DNA from: Longimicrobiales bacterium
Lineage (GTDB): Bacteria; Gemmatimonadota; Gemmatimonadetes; Longimicrobiales; RSA9
Direction of reading: 5' to 3'
DNA length: 64,000 bases
Assembly: GCA_035461765.1 (NCBI GenBank)
Contig: DATHUY010000122.1
Location: forward strand, 1-64,000
Part shown: positions 29,201 to 37,051 of the stretch, piece after piece
Layout of the letters: every line of letters begins with the position of its first letter
How positions within the stretch are numbered: the stretch's first letter is position 1
Position numbers and translations under genes: made by a program
Notes under the pieces: model-generated
Databases searched by the model: none
Told to the model about the DNA's origin: nothing
The model's input: only the letters and a program-made list of their open reading frames with translations

Positions 29201-29416
29201 CTGCTCGATCGGACGCGCGAGGAGGTTCTCCGTCTCCCGCGGAGCAGCACCCGGCAGCGCCACGATCACATCGATCATGGGCACCGAGATCTGCGGCTCT
29301 TCCTCGCGCGGTGTCGCGACCACGGCCAGCCCGCCCACCGCGAGGGACGCGAGTGTGACCAGCGGCGTGAGCTTCGAGCGCAGGAAGGCCTGCGCGATTC
29401 TTCCGGAAATGCCCAT
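26150..29416 (-). CDS. heavy-metal efflux RND transporter (CzcA/CusA family)
   Basis: 1088 aa, 12-TM RND architecture with HME-type periplasmic loops. Adjacent to MFP and TolC genes. Confidence 0.95.
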   Translation of the reverse strand: MGISGRIAQAFLRSKLTPLVTLASLAVGGLAVVATPREEEPQISVPMIDVIVALPGAAPRETENLLARPIEQRMWEIGGVDYVYGMAGEGYAMVTVRFKVGEDQEESVSKVHAKLASVMDEAPAGAMPPMVKPHSIDDVPILTLTLHADEYGSDELRAIATQLQDEIGTLPDVAQTEVIGGRARQISVELDPARLAAHGVTPGEVAMSLQAANARLQAGELATGDEVLRIDVGAPLATPSDVGSVVVSARSGTPVHVREVARVTADYGERDSYVTHTGHEGAAQSAVTISVSKRPGANATKVADAVLERVEQARDRLVPADIGVTVTRNYGATAAEKAGELILHLAIATLSVTFLIGLFLGWREALVVLVAVPVTLGLTLFVYYAMGYTLNRITLFALIFSIGILVDDAIVVVENIYRHMKMGDRSPDVAAVEGVEEVGNPTILATFTVIAAILPMAFVSGLMGPYMRPIPVGASVAMLASLAVAFIVTPYLALRLLRGHVQKQHDARAAEAAAAGKEVTHAAVEPEEDTRFGRFYGRLMASLMDNGRRRRFFYGGVAALLVMSVGLLGIKWVQVKMLPFDNKSEFQVILDLPEGTTLETTQAAAQDIAAYLHGVPEVENTQVYSGVAAPFNFNGLVRHYFMRRGANVADVQVNLVEKHHRDRQSHAIAVDVRPGVEEIAARYGARVKIAEIPPGPPVLSTLVAEVYAGDDATRVAAAEQVMEVFEETPGVVDIDWTIESPQQTRKFAVDRTVAARAGASVRQITETLYLALSGSSAGIAPSADAREGTAIVPRLPLESRSSIDALLALPVATAMGPQPLGRFVTVQEGVRESSRMRKNLRPVIYVTGDVAGTIESPVYAILEMNRKLDDIRVNGAEIARYNAVQPEELDELAMKWDGEWQVTIEVFRDLGLAFAGVLLLIYALVVGWFQSFKVPLVIMAPIPLTLIGILPGHALSGAFFTATSMIGMIALAGIIVRNSILLVDFIQLAQDRGRSLRDAVIEAGAVRFRPIALTAAAVVVGGLVMVLDPIFQGLAVALISGAVVATLLTMIVVPLLYWELARRENTFEETTDEAAADHIQRIHVAAGA

Positions 29417-29418
29417 GA

Positions 29419-30486
29419 CTACCGTCCTGCCACGGCCGCAGGTGCGGCCTGAACGTTCGCGGAGTGGGGTACGGGTGCCGGGACGATGATGCGATCACCA
29501 TCGCGCAGGCCGCTCACCACCTCGACCGAATCGCCGACTGTGGTTCCGAGACGCACCCAGCGAGTGATCACGGCATCAGCGCGCAGCAGATGGACGCCCG
29601 TCAGGTCACCCTGCCGCCGAACGGCGTCGACCGGGATGACGATCGTGGTACGCATGTCCTGCGGGAGCGCGAGCGTGGCCGCGCCGGTGGCGGGCAGCCG
29701 GGAGCCGGGGTTGTCGACGATGGCGTTCACGGTGAACAGACCCGCCCCACCGGGGACGACACCTTCGATGATCGCGGGCACAGCTTCACCCTCGATCACG
29801 GCCGTGACCTCCGCACCGCGAGACAGGTTGCGCACGGCGTCGGGCGGTGCGCTGACCGACACACGCAGACGGCGCGTATCCTGAACCACGAGCAGCGGCG
29901 CGCCCGGCGCCGCGAAGCTGCCGCGATCGACCATGCGCCGGACGACCGTGCCCGCGAACGGGGCGCGCACCTCTGCATAGGATGAAACGGCGGCGAGCTC
30001 GGCCGCGCCGGCACGTGCAGCCGCGACACCCGCGAGCGCGCGGTTGTAGCCGGTCTCGGCAGCGTCGAGCTGGGCACGCGGGGCCGCGTCGTCTTCGTAG
30101 AGCGCACGCATGCGTGCCAGGTGCAGCTCCGCCTCGTGCAGCACTGCCTGCGCCTCCGCCTGTCCGGCCTCGACGCGGGCACGCTGCGCATTCAGGTCGC
30201 GCGCATCGATGCGCAGCAGTGGTTGACCCGAAGCCACGACATCGCCTTCCTGCACGAGCACGGCCGTGACCGCACCCATCAGCTTCGTGCTGAGCGTTGC
30301 TTCAGCCAGCGGCTCCACCACCCCCGCGGCATTCAGATAAGACATGCGCGGCGCGGCAGTGACCACGAGCTCGACTCCCTCCGGCGCAGCTGCCTGCTCG
30401 CCCGGCTGAACGGTCTCATGATCGCTCGCACATCCCGCGAGCAGCGCCACGCCGGCGACTGCCGCCGCCATACTCATTGTCTTCAT
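29419..30486 (-). CDS. RND efflux periplasmic adaptor (membrane fusion protein, CzcB/CusB-like)
   Basis: Lipoprotein-like signal (LLAGCAS), coiled-coil hairpin and beta-barrel/MP domains. Start is MKTMSMAAAV, or 24 nt upstream. Confidence 0.85.
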   Translation of the reverse strand: MKTMSMAAAVAGVALLAGCASDHETVQPGEQAAAPEGVELVVTAAPRMSYLNAAGVVEPLAEATLSTKLMGAVTAVLVQEGDVVASGQPLLRIDARDLNAQRARVEAGQAEAQAVLHEAELHLARMRALYEDDAAPRAQLDAAETGYNRALAGVAAARAGAAELAAVSSYAEVRAPFAGTVVRRMVDRGSFAAPGAPLLVVQDTRRLRVSVSAPPDAVRNLSRGAEVTAVIEGEAVPAIIEGVVPGGAGLFTVNAIVDNPGSRLPATGAATLALPQDMRTTIVIPVDAVRRQGDLTGVHLLRADAVITRWVRLGTTVGDSVEVVSGLRDGDRIIVPAPVPHSANVQAAPAAVAGR

Positions 30487-30512
30487 GTTTCGCTTCTCTC
30501 GTCTGTTCATGA

Positions 30513-31979
30513 TCAGGAGTCCATTGACCAGCCGGCGAGACGCGCCGGATCCTGTCCGGCCGCCTGCAGCCGTTCCGCAGCGCGCACGATGGCATCCCAG
30601 CGCGCATGCGACCGGCGCAGCCGCGCCTCCGTCTCTGCCGCCGATGCGCCCAGCAGCTCGACCACCGATGCAAGACCGCCCTCGTACTTCCTTGTCACGA
30701 TCCGGTGCGCCTCTACGCTCTGCGCGACCGCGTCATCCGCGATGCGGAGACGCTCGACGGCCACGCGCCACGCATTCTCCTTCGCTGCCGCCTCCAGCTC
30801 CGCCTGCGCTCGCGCTGCCTCGGCCTGCGCACGCGCCACCTGCTCACGACCTTCCGTCGCCCGGAGATCGGCCAGCTGCGATGCGCCAGCGAACGGCGTC
30901 CAGGACGCCACCACGCCGACACTCCAGTTCTCCTGACCCTCGTATGGACGGTCGGGAGAGTTCCAGTCGAAGCGCGCCATGCCATTGAGCCGCGGCAGCC
31001 ACGCCGACTGGGCACGCCGCACATCCGCACGCGCCGCGGCATGCCCCGCCGCCGCCGCACGAACGTCCGCCCGAGCCGAGACGTCGCCGCCCACCGCTCC
31101 GCTGCCGGCGGGCTCATGCAGCAGCGCATCCAGCTCCTGCACCCGCTCACTCGCCGGCAACTCGCGCGGCAGCTCGAACGCAACGTCCTCCGGCGCACCG
31201 AGCAGCACGGCCAGCTGCCGCTTCACGAGCGATGCGTCGCCCTGCGCCTCGATCAGCTGCGTTTCCACTTCACCCGCCTTCACACGCGCCAGCAGTGCAT
31301 CCGAGCGCGTCACGACCCCCTGCTCCACCATCGCCTCCGCCTGCCGCACATGGCTGCGCGCCGCCTCCAGCGCCACCTTCAGCGTCTCCACCCGCTCCGC
31401 CGTCAGCACTGCGCCGAAATACGCCCGCACTACGTTCACCCGCGTGTCCAGCAGCGTCCACGAGGCCGCCGCCTCACGCGCATCCGTGGCGTGCGTCGCA
31501 GCGCGCCGTCCCAGCCACGCGTCCACGTTCACCAATGGCTGCTCCAGTACCACGCCGCCCGTGTAGTTCGGCGTCGCGTCCGGATGGTTCAGCCGCGCCG
31601 GATCGAAGTCCGCCTGTGTAATCGTCCGCTGACGCAGCGTCGTACCGAACGCCCCGATCGGATCCGTCGTGCGGGCGTAGCCGCTCTCCAGTCGCACGGT
31701 GGGCAGGATCCCCCGGAACGCTGCCAGACCTTCGCCCGCCTGCGCTGCCGCCTCCCCTGCCCCGATCCGGTTCGCGTACGCTCCCTCGTCCGCCCGCTGC
31801 AATGCCTCCGCAAGGGTCAGCAGCTGCTGCACCGGAGCCGGTGTGACGGCCGCGACCGGATCCTGCTGCCCCGACGCCGGCGCGGCCGACAACAGCGTCC
31901 ACCCTGATGCGCCGATCGTGATCGCTGAAGCGAACGCGGCGCGAGCCCCGACCCGTCGGGGCGACCTGGTGCGTCCCAT
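30513..31979 (-). CDS. TolC-family outer-membrane efflux channel
   Basis: Signal peptide, duplicated OEP repeats, LTLAEALQRA.. start of the mature TolC-like region. Confidence 0.85.
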   Translation of the reverse strand: MGRTRSPRRVGARAAFASAITIGASGWTLLSAAPASGQQDPVAAVTPAPVQQLLTLAEALQRADEGAYANRIGAGEAAAQAGEGLAAFRGILPTVRLESGYARTTDPIGAFGTTLRQRTITQADFDPARLNHPDATPNYTGGVVLEQPLVNVDAWLGRRAATHATDAREAAASWTLLDTRVNVVRAYFGAVLTAERVETLKVALEAARSHVRQAEAMVEQGVVTRSDALLARVKAGEVETQLIEAQGDASLVKRQLAVLLGAPEDVAFELPRELPASERVQELDALLHEPAGSGAVGGDVSARADVRAAAAGHAAARADVRRAQSAWLPRLNGMARFDWNSPDRPYEGQENWSVGVVASWTPFAGASQLADLRATEGREQVARAQAEAARAQAELEAAAKENAWRVAVERLRIADDAVAQSVEAHRIVTRKYEGGLASVVELLGASAAETEARLRRSHARWDAIVRAAERLQAAGQDPARLAGWSMDS

Positions 31980-32009
31980 GCCAATCTCCTGAATGGAAGC
32001 GTTGAACAA

Positions 32010-32045
32010 CTATATAATTAACTACTCATATATGGCAGCGCAAGG
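32010..32045 (-). promoter_or_regulatory. AT-rich island (TATATAGTTGTTCAAC... on the minus strand) plus AGGAGA RBS immediately upstream of the tolC-MFP-RND operon
   Basis: A 36-bp stretch of ~25% GC in a ~70% GC genome. It contains TATATA / TTAATTATATAG -10-like hexamers 30-45 nt upstream of the TolC start. Confidence 0.35.
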
Positions 32046-32149
32046 CCCCTCGACTCAGTCCGGCCTGTGCTCATGCTATCGCGTGCTGCCGCGCGCCAAG
32101 GCCAGACGAGGCAGGTCCGGCCGCTGCGGCCGCACCTGCCCCGCTGCCC

Positions 32150-32494
32150 CTACCGGGTCTGTTTTTCCGAGCTGAGGCTCTTTACGTAGGCCGCCACTGC
32201 GTCTATCTCGGCCTGGCTCAGCTTTGCACCGCCCATGGGCGGCATGGGCGCGGGGTGCTTCAACGGCTTCGGTACGCCAGCCTTGACGAGAGCGACGATA
32301 GCCGGAAGCGAGCCGTCGATATTCAGCCAGTCGCTGTCGGTCAGATTCGGGGCGAGCGGCGTGCCGCGGCCATCCTTGCCGTGGCAATTGTAACAGAGGC
32401 CCTTGCCCTGGAAGATCTTCTGACCTGCGCTCTGCGCTTCCAGGCCGCTCGTCGCAGCCACGAGTGAGATCAGTGTCACGAATACAGCTCGCAT
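32150..32494 (-). CDS. class I c-type cytochrome (single CxxCH), periplasmic
   Basis: Signal peptide. CYNCHGKDG heme-binding motif and a distal Met (PMPPMGG). Confidence 0.8.
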   Translation of the reverse strand: MRAVFVTLISLVAATSGLEAQSAGQKIFQGKGLCYNCHGKDGRGTPLAPNLTDSDWLNIDGSLPAIVALVKAGVPKPLKHPAPMPPMGGAKLSQAEIDAVAAYVKSLSSEKQTR

Positions 32495-32514
32495 GACGAC
32501 ACCTCCATCTGCTG

Positions 32515-33720
32515 TCAGAACGCCAGAACGGTCCCCAGCGTGAAGCGGGTTCGTTCGCGCTCGATGTCATACCCCGCTTCGCCCATCAGGCGCACATTGC
32601 GCCAGAGCAGGTAGTGGAGTCCCGCGTTTGCGGTATGGTAACGCTCGAGCGGCTCTTCCTCGCCGGCACTGACGGAGATGATGGGTGCATCGCCATCGAT
32701 CCAGTTGTAGAGCCCGGCGACTGTCCACCGTCCGTCGCTGCCGAACGGTCCCCAGATCACTTCCGCCATTGCGCTGTGCACGGTCGACTCGCTTTCAACC
32801 GGCAGCAGCAGCGGGTTCGTGTCGCGGCGCCAGAGATACTGCGCATTGATCTCCAGCGGTCCGACACCGATGGTGGCATCAGGCCCGAGGACGGTTATGC
32901 GGTCAGTCTCGCCCTCCGCGCGCTCGCGACCGAAGTAGCCGAAGCCGCCTAAGCGTACGGGACCGATCTGTTGCGAGTATCGCGCGCCGAAGGACTTGGC
33001 GTTGTCGCTGTCGTACTGGCGATCCGATTCGGCAGCGTTCAGGCCCTGGCCGTTGACGACCATGAGTGCAACGTCGCCGCCCTCCCATGGAGAGTAGGTG
33101 AGGAGGACGCCGCGGTCATAGGCGAGGTCCGCGCGCGCGTCGCCCACGCGCACGCGATAGGGCTGATAATCCTCGTACTGCAGGCGCAGCTCACGCTTGA
33201 AGAGCGGATCGGACACCTGGAACTGGCCGACAATGGCGCTGATGCCGCTGCGCCCGATATCGGTGAACTGGACATAGGCGTCCTCGAGCCCGCCCACCTC
33301 ACCCCGCTCGGAGAGCAGGAAGTACATGTAGTAGCTGATGCCTTCGGCGAGGACGCCGCCCGAAAGCAGCTTCGCCGTATAGGGCGTCTTCAGGTCGACA
33401 TCGGTGGCGTCGTTGCGGATCGGTGCGGACGCCGTGGCGAACAGGTCCATGCGCACCGCGATCTCGATGCGCTGCATCAGCCGCAGCAGTGGGTCGCCCG
33501 TATCGATCGTATCGCGCGCGAGCTCCCGTACAGCCATCTCGAAACCGTTGCCGGCGAACTCCTCGCCGAAGGGCGTCAGTCGCGGGATGGTGGAGTGACA
33601 GAGACTGCAGGATACGCGGTATTTGCGCGCGAAGGCCGGAATGGCCTCGACGTCACGCGGAATGGTGCCGATCAGAGAAGCAGCCAGCAGACCCGCGACT
33701 ACGAGACGCGACGGACGCAT
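32515..33720 (-). CDS. predicted outer-membrane beta-barrel protein with an N-terminal CxxCH motif
   Basis: Signal peptide. CSLCHS ~15 aa after the predicted cleavage site. A long run of alternating-hydrophobicity beta-strands. C-terminal ..LGTVLAF (aromatic terminal residue typical of OMPs). Confidence 0.55.
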   Translation of the reverse strand: MRPSRLVVAGLLAASLIGTIPRDVEAIPAFARKYRVSCSLCHSTIPRLTPFGEEFAGNGFEMAVRELARDTIDTGDPLLRLMQRIEIAVRMDLFATASAPIRNDATDVDLKTPYTAKLLSGGVLAEGISYYMYFLLSERGEVGGLEDAYVQFTDIGRSGISAIVGQFQVSDPLFKRELRLQYEDYQPYRVRVGDARADLAYDRGVLLTYSPWEGGDVALMVVNGQGLNAAESDRQYDSDNAKSFGARYSQQIGPVRLGGFGYFGRERAEGETDRITVLGPDATIGVGPLEINAQYLWRRDTNPLLLPVESESTVHSAMAEVIWGPFGSDGRWTVAGLYNWIDGDAPIISVSAGEEEPLERYHTANAGLHYLLWRNVRLMGEAGYDIERERTRFTLGTVLAF

Positions 33721-34018
33721 GAACGTCTCCCGGTTGAGATGGACTCATGGTGCTGCGTCAAAGTGCAATGCCGGGTGAGGCCGTGCCAGTCGTGATTCTC
33801 AATAAGTGATGTAGGGATTATCCGCAGGGAGCCAGAGCGGATCGCCGCTCGCTCGCCTGCGGGGGGCGATGGTGATGTCGGGCATGACCTGGAAGATGAG
33901 GCGGCTCGGGCGTCGGGCGCGGCGGGATGCCCCCGCCGCGCACCGCGCCCAGGTTCGGCTCGATGCTCGCTCAGCGACGTCCGTCGCGCCCGACCGGTGA
34001 CTGACGGGTCCGGCAGGT

Positions 34019-34052
34019 CCGTCTGACGCGCCCGGGCCGGCGCGTCAGACGG
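34019..34052 (-). terminator. strong hairpin (14-bp perfect stem CCGTCTGACGCGCC / GGCGCGTCAGACGG, 6-nt loop) 7 nt 3' of the cytochrome gene stop
   Basis: A perfect 14-bp inverted repeat directly after the TGA at 34059-34061, in the reading direction of the minus strand. Confidence 0.6.
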
Positions 34053-34058
34053 CGCAGC

Positions 34059-34493
34059 TCAGTGGCCGGTACCGTTGTGCGGCATTCCACCACCGCGGTG
34101 TTGCATTCCTCCGCCGCCATGAGCGGTGTCGGCGAGCGTGAGCACATAGCGCGCGACGGCGCCGAGCTGATCGTTCGACAGGTGCCCCTGGGACGGCATC
34201 AGGCCGAAACGCTCCACCGCGTGCGGGGGCAGGAGCGAGCGTTCCGCGGCAGGCTCTTTCAGATAGGCGACGATCGCGGCTGCCGCGCTGTCGGGAGACG
34301 GATGCTTACGCAGGTAGTACGCGGCGGCGTGGGAGATCGGCGGTGCCGCCTTCGCGGGCGGAGCCACGGAATGACACATTGCACACACCATCTCGAAGAC
34401 CGCACGACCCTCGCGCTCCGCAGGCGTTTCCTGTGCCGCGGCCGGAACGGCAGTCAGTGCAAGCAGTGAAACCACCAGGCGAATAGTGCGCAT
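34059..34493 (-). CDS. c-type cytochrome with a His/Met/Gly-rich C-terminal tail (copper-binding-like)
   Basis: Start ATG 34493 (MRTIRLVVSLLALTAVPAAAQ signal). CAMCHS heme motif. Tail MQHRGGGMPHNGTGH. Confidence 0.75.
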   Translation of the reverse strand: MRTIRLVVSLLALTAVPAAAQETPAEREGRAVFEMVCAMCHSVAPPAKAAPPISHAAAYYLRKHPSPDSAAAAIVAYLKEPAAERSLLPPHAVERFGLMPSQGHLSNDQLGAVARYVLTLADTAHGGGGMQHRGGGMPHNGTGH

Positions 34494-34577
34494 ACTCTCA
34501 TACTCCGAAGAAGTGATTGCGACATCGGTAGAATAACAGATGTGCGGTGTCCGCTGATAGTGGGTATCCGCCGGTAA

Positions 34578-34757
34578 CTGGTGGGTTCTGGCGGACGGAC
34601 TCTGGTGGGCTCTGGCGGACGCGGAACCCATATCCCATTATGGCCGCTGCGGCCATTCGGGCATTGCCGCCGGATGTGTTCGAGCCCGCCGTCCTCCCCA
34701 TCCCCCGGAAAACTGTGATAGCGCAACGGGCCAAAGTGCAGAACGGGTTCCGCGTCC
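34578..34757. repeat. MITE-like element, copy 2: 24-bp tandem duplication (34578-34601 / 34602-34625), left arm GGCGGACGCGGAACCC, palindromic core ATGGCCGCTGCGGCCAT, right arm GCAGAACGGGTTCCGCGTCCG
   Basis: Arms match the TIRs of copy 1 (9367-9499) at 16/16 and 21/22 positions. It lies in the divergent region between the cytochrome and EEP-lipoprotein genes. The right arm overlaps the EEP gene's GTG start. Confidence 0.65.
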
Positions 34758-35662
34758 GACAGCTCCGACTGCTGGTCATCCTCCTCACGGTCCTCCCGGG
34801 ATGCACCGGCCCCCGCGAGGTCATGTCCGCACGCGCGTCGGCGCAGGTCGCGACGCTGCCGGTCATGAGTTTCAACATCCGGTACGGCACAGCGTCGGAC
34901 GGCGAACACGCGTGGCCGCTCCGGCGCGGCCTGACGTTGCGTGTGATCCGGGAACAGGGTCCGGCGGTGCTCGGCGTACAGGAGGCGCTTCGCTTCCAGC
35001 TCGACGAGATCGGTGCGGCACTGCCGCATTATGGTGAGGTCGGTGTGGGACGGACGGACGGAGTGGAGGAGGGCGAATACTCCGCGATCCTGTATGACCG
35101 CAATCGGCTGGCTGTTCTCGATCAGGGTACGTTCTGGCTGTCCGACACGCCCGAAGTGCCGAACTCGATGTCATGGGGCAACCGCATCACGCGCATCGCG
35201 ACGTGGGCCAGGTTCCGCGACAGCTCGACGGGCGCGATGTTCCTCGTGTTCAACACACACTGGGATCACGAATCCCAGTCCGCGCGCGAACGTAGTGCGC
35301 GCCTTCTGATGGAACGCATCAGCGCACGCCGTGCGGCGGGCGAGCCCGTGCTGGTAATGGGGGACTTCAACGCCGGTGAGGACAACATCGCATTCCGGAT
35401 CCTTCTGGCCGATGACGGGCGGGGAGGGCTGCGCCTCTACGATACGTTCCGTGCAGTGCACCCGCGCGCACTCGACACGGGGACGTATCACGCGTTTGCG
35501 GGTGATCGCTCCGGCGCGAAGATCGACGCGATCCTCGCGTCTCCCGAATGGCGGACACTCGACGCAGGCATCATTCTCTTCAGTGAGAACGGGCTGTATC
35601 CGTCCGACCACTTTCCGGTGACCGCGACGGTCGAGCTCGAGATCGTGCGGCGCGCGCGATAG
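34736..35662 (+). CDS. endonuclease/exonuclease/phosphatase (EEP) family lipoprotein
   Basis: Lipobox LTVLPGC after an n-region QNGFRVRQLR. EEP motifs (..MSFNIRYG.., ..VLGVQEA.., ..NTHWDH.., ..GDFNAGED.., ..SDHFPV..). GTG start at 34736. The longer ORF from 34547 is not protein-like. Confidence 0.75.
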   Translation: MQNGFRVRQLRLLVILLTVLPGCTGPREVMSARASAQVATLPVMSFNIRYGTASDGEHAWPLRRGLTLRVIREQGPAVLGVQEALRFQLDEIGAALPHYGEVGVGRTDGVEEGEYSAILYDRNRLAVLDQGTFWLSDTPEVPNSMSWGNRITRIATWARFRDSSTGAMFLVFNTHWDHESQSARERSARLLMERISARRAAGEPVLVMGDFNAGEDNIAFRILLADDGRGGLRLYDTFRAVHPRALDTGTYHAFAGDRSGAKIDAILASPEWRTLDAGIILFSENGLYPSDHFPVTATVELEIVRRAR

Positions 35663-35840
35663 CGCGCAGCGGCCGCAATTGGAGATCGTGCAGCGGGGGT
35701 CCGGACAGCACGTTCATCAACGATAGACCGTGAGCGTCACGCCGCTCCTGCGGGAACTGTCGCCACCTCATGTCCGGCCGCTGCCCGTTCTTCCGTAAAC
35801 CTTCCTGGACAGACTCAATCCAATCATCCAGGGAGGCACC

Positions 35841-36407
35841 GTGTCAGTACAACGTGCAGCACTCGCGATCACAATCACTCTCACACTCGCTGCCTGTGAG
35901 GACTCCATCACGCAGCCGGAAATGCAGCAGGTCGACGGCAGCCGGTTCGCGGCGCTCACCGCCTCCTGCGCTGGCGCGCCGACCAGCAGGCTCGCAACCG
36001 ACGGGTTCAACTTTCTCTATGGCGGACCTGGCGATGACAAGCTCATGGGCAAGGGTGGCACGGATTTCATCTATTCGTATGCGGGCAATGACTGCCTGAT
36101 CGGCGGACCCGGAAACGATCGCCTGTTCGCCGGCGCCGGCGATGACGTCCTGATCGGCGGTGACGGCGATGACCTGCTCGACTCCGGCCCGGGGACGTCG
36201 GAGGTCCTGATTGGCGGCGATGGGAACGACCTCATCATGGCCCGCTCGGGCGAAGCCAGCCGGGTCAGCGGCGGCTCGGGCGACGATCGCATTCTGGTGA
36301 ACGACGGCGCCGCCGATGTGGTGGATTGTGGTGACGGCTACGACGAGGTCACCATCGACGCGCTGGACACTCACACCGGCTGTGAGGTCGTCACGATCAT
36401 CCCGTAG
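35841..36407 (+). CDS. secreted lipoprotein with RTX-like calcium-binding GGxGxD repeats
   Basis: Lipobox LTLAAC. Seven or more GG(P/A/D)G(N/D)D nonapeptide-like repeats (YGGPGDDKL, GGPGNDRL, GGDGDDLL, GGDGNDLI, GGSGDDRI...). Confidence 0.75.
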   Translation: MSVQRAALAITITLTLAACEDSITQPEMQQVDGSRFAALTASCAGAPTSRLATDGFNFLYGGPGDDKLMGKGGTDFIYSYAGNDCLIGGPGNDRLFAGAGDDVLIGGDGDDLLDSGPGTSEVLIGGDGNDLIMARSGEASRVSGGSGDDRILVNDGAADVVDCGDGYDEVTIDALDTHTGCEVVTIIP

Positions 36408-36430
36408 CGGGCTCGGGCGGGGGGTGTGCC

Positions 36431-36462
36431 GCACGACGCCACACCCCTCGTCGTGCTTTTTT
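36431..36462 (+). terminator. rho-independent terminator: 8-bp stem GCACGACG / CGTCGTGC, 10-nt loop, then TTTTTT
   Basis: Perfect stem followed by a six-T run, 24 nt after the RTX-like gene's stop. Confidence 0.75.
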
Positions 36463-36582
36463 GCTGCAAAACAGCGGAACGGTGTTAGATTCAATGCACG
36501 GCGTCATGACAGTCGCCGTACGCGCTTACGCGTGGTCGACTGGACGCCCCGGCCCGGCCGGGCAATGGACGCGGAGGCGTGC

Positions 36583-36870
36583 ATGGCACATTTCGGTAAT
36601 ACGTCGCGCAGGTTCACGCCGGAAGATCTGCGCGTGGACGCAGCGAGCCACCCGGACTGGGTGAATGGTGCCGCCGGCTCTCCAAAGGTCGGGGACAACG
36701 TGCTCTGCACGGGCGGTCTCGCAGAAGTGGTGCAGCTGCTCGGCAAGACCGGCGATGGCAGCCGGCTGCTGGCTCTGCGTCTGCGCGACGGCAATCATCC
36801 GCCGTTCTTCGTGGCTGCGTCGAATGTTCTGCTGGCACCACCTACGGTGCCCGACGGCATGATCGGCTGA
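36583..36870 (+). CDS. hypothetical small protein (95 aa)
   Basis: ATG 36583 (MAHFGNTSRRF...). Reasonable amino-acid composition, no recognisable domain. The competing minus-strand ORFs are Arg/Ala-rich. Confidence 0.3.
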   Translation: MAHFGNTSRRFTPEDLRVDAASHPDWVNGAAGSPKVGDNVLCTGGLAEVVQLLGKTGDGSRLLALRLRDGNHPPFFVAASNVLLAPPTVPDGMIG

Positions 36871-37051
36871 GTCGTCGCTCGCACCGGAATGAAGGGCCCC
36901 GCCGGCAGCTGCCGCGCGGGGCCCTTCCTGTTGGCACGCGCCAGGTCGGGCATTGCCCCACACCGCCGGCGGGATCCGCCGACTGGTACATGGCATGCAG
37001 GATGGCAGGTTACTTCAGGAGCATCGCATCCTGATTGGAAAGGCCGCCGCC

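Noticed and set aside
33721-34058. 340-bp ORF-free gap scanned for tRNA/ncRNA
   Set aside because: No cloverleaf-compatible GTTCGAATC-type T-arm or acceptor pairing found. The gap is explained by the strong terminator hairpin (34019-34052) plus the promoter region of the barrel/cytochrome operon. The other ORF-free gaps (6156-6435, 61203-61499) likewise lack tRNA-like signatures.
34454-35029. 191-aa minus-strand ORF overlapping the MITE-like copy 2 and the EEP gene start
   Set aside because: It runs antisense through the repeat and the EEP N-terminus, has an Arg-rich low-complexity translation, and has no motif.
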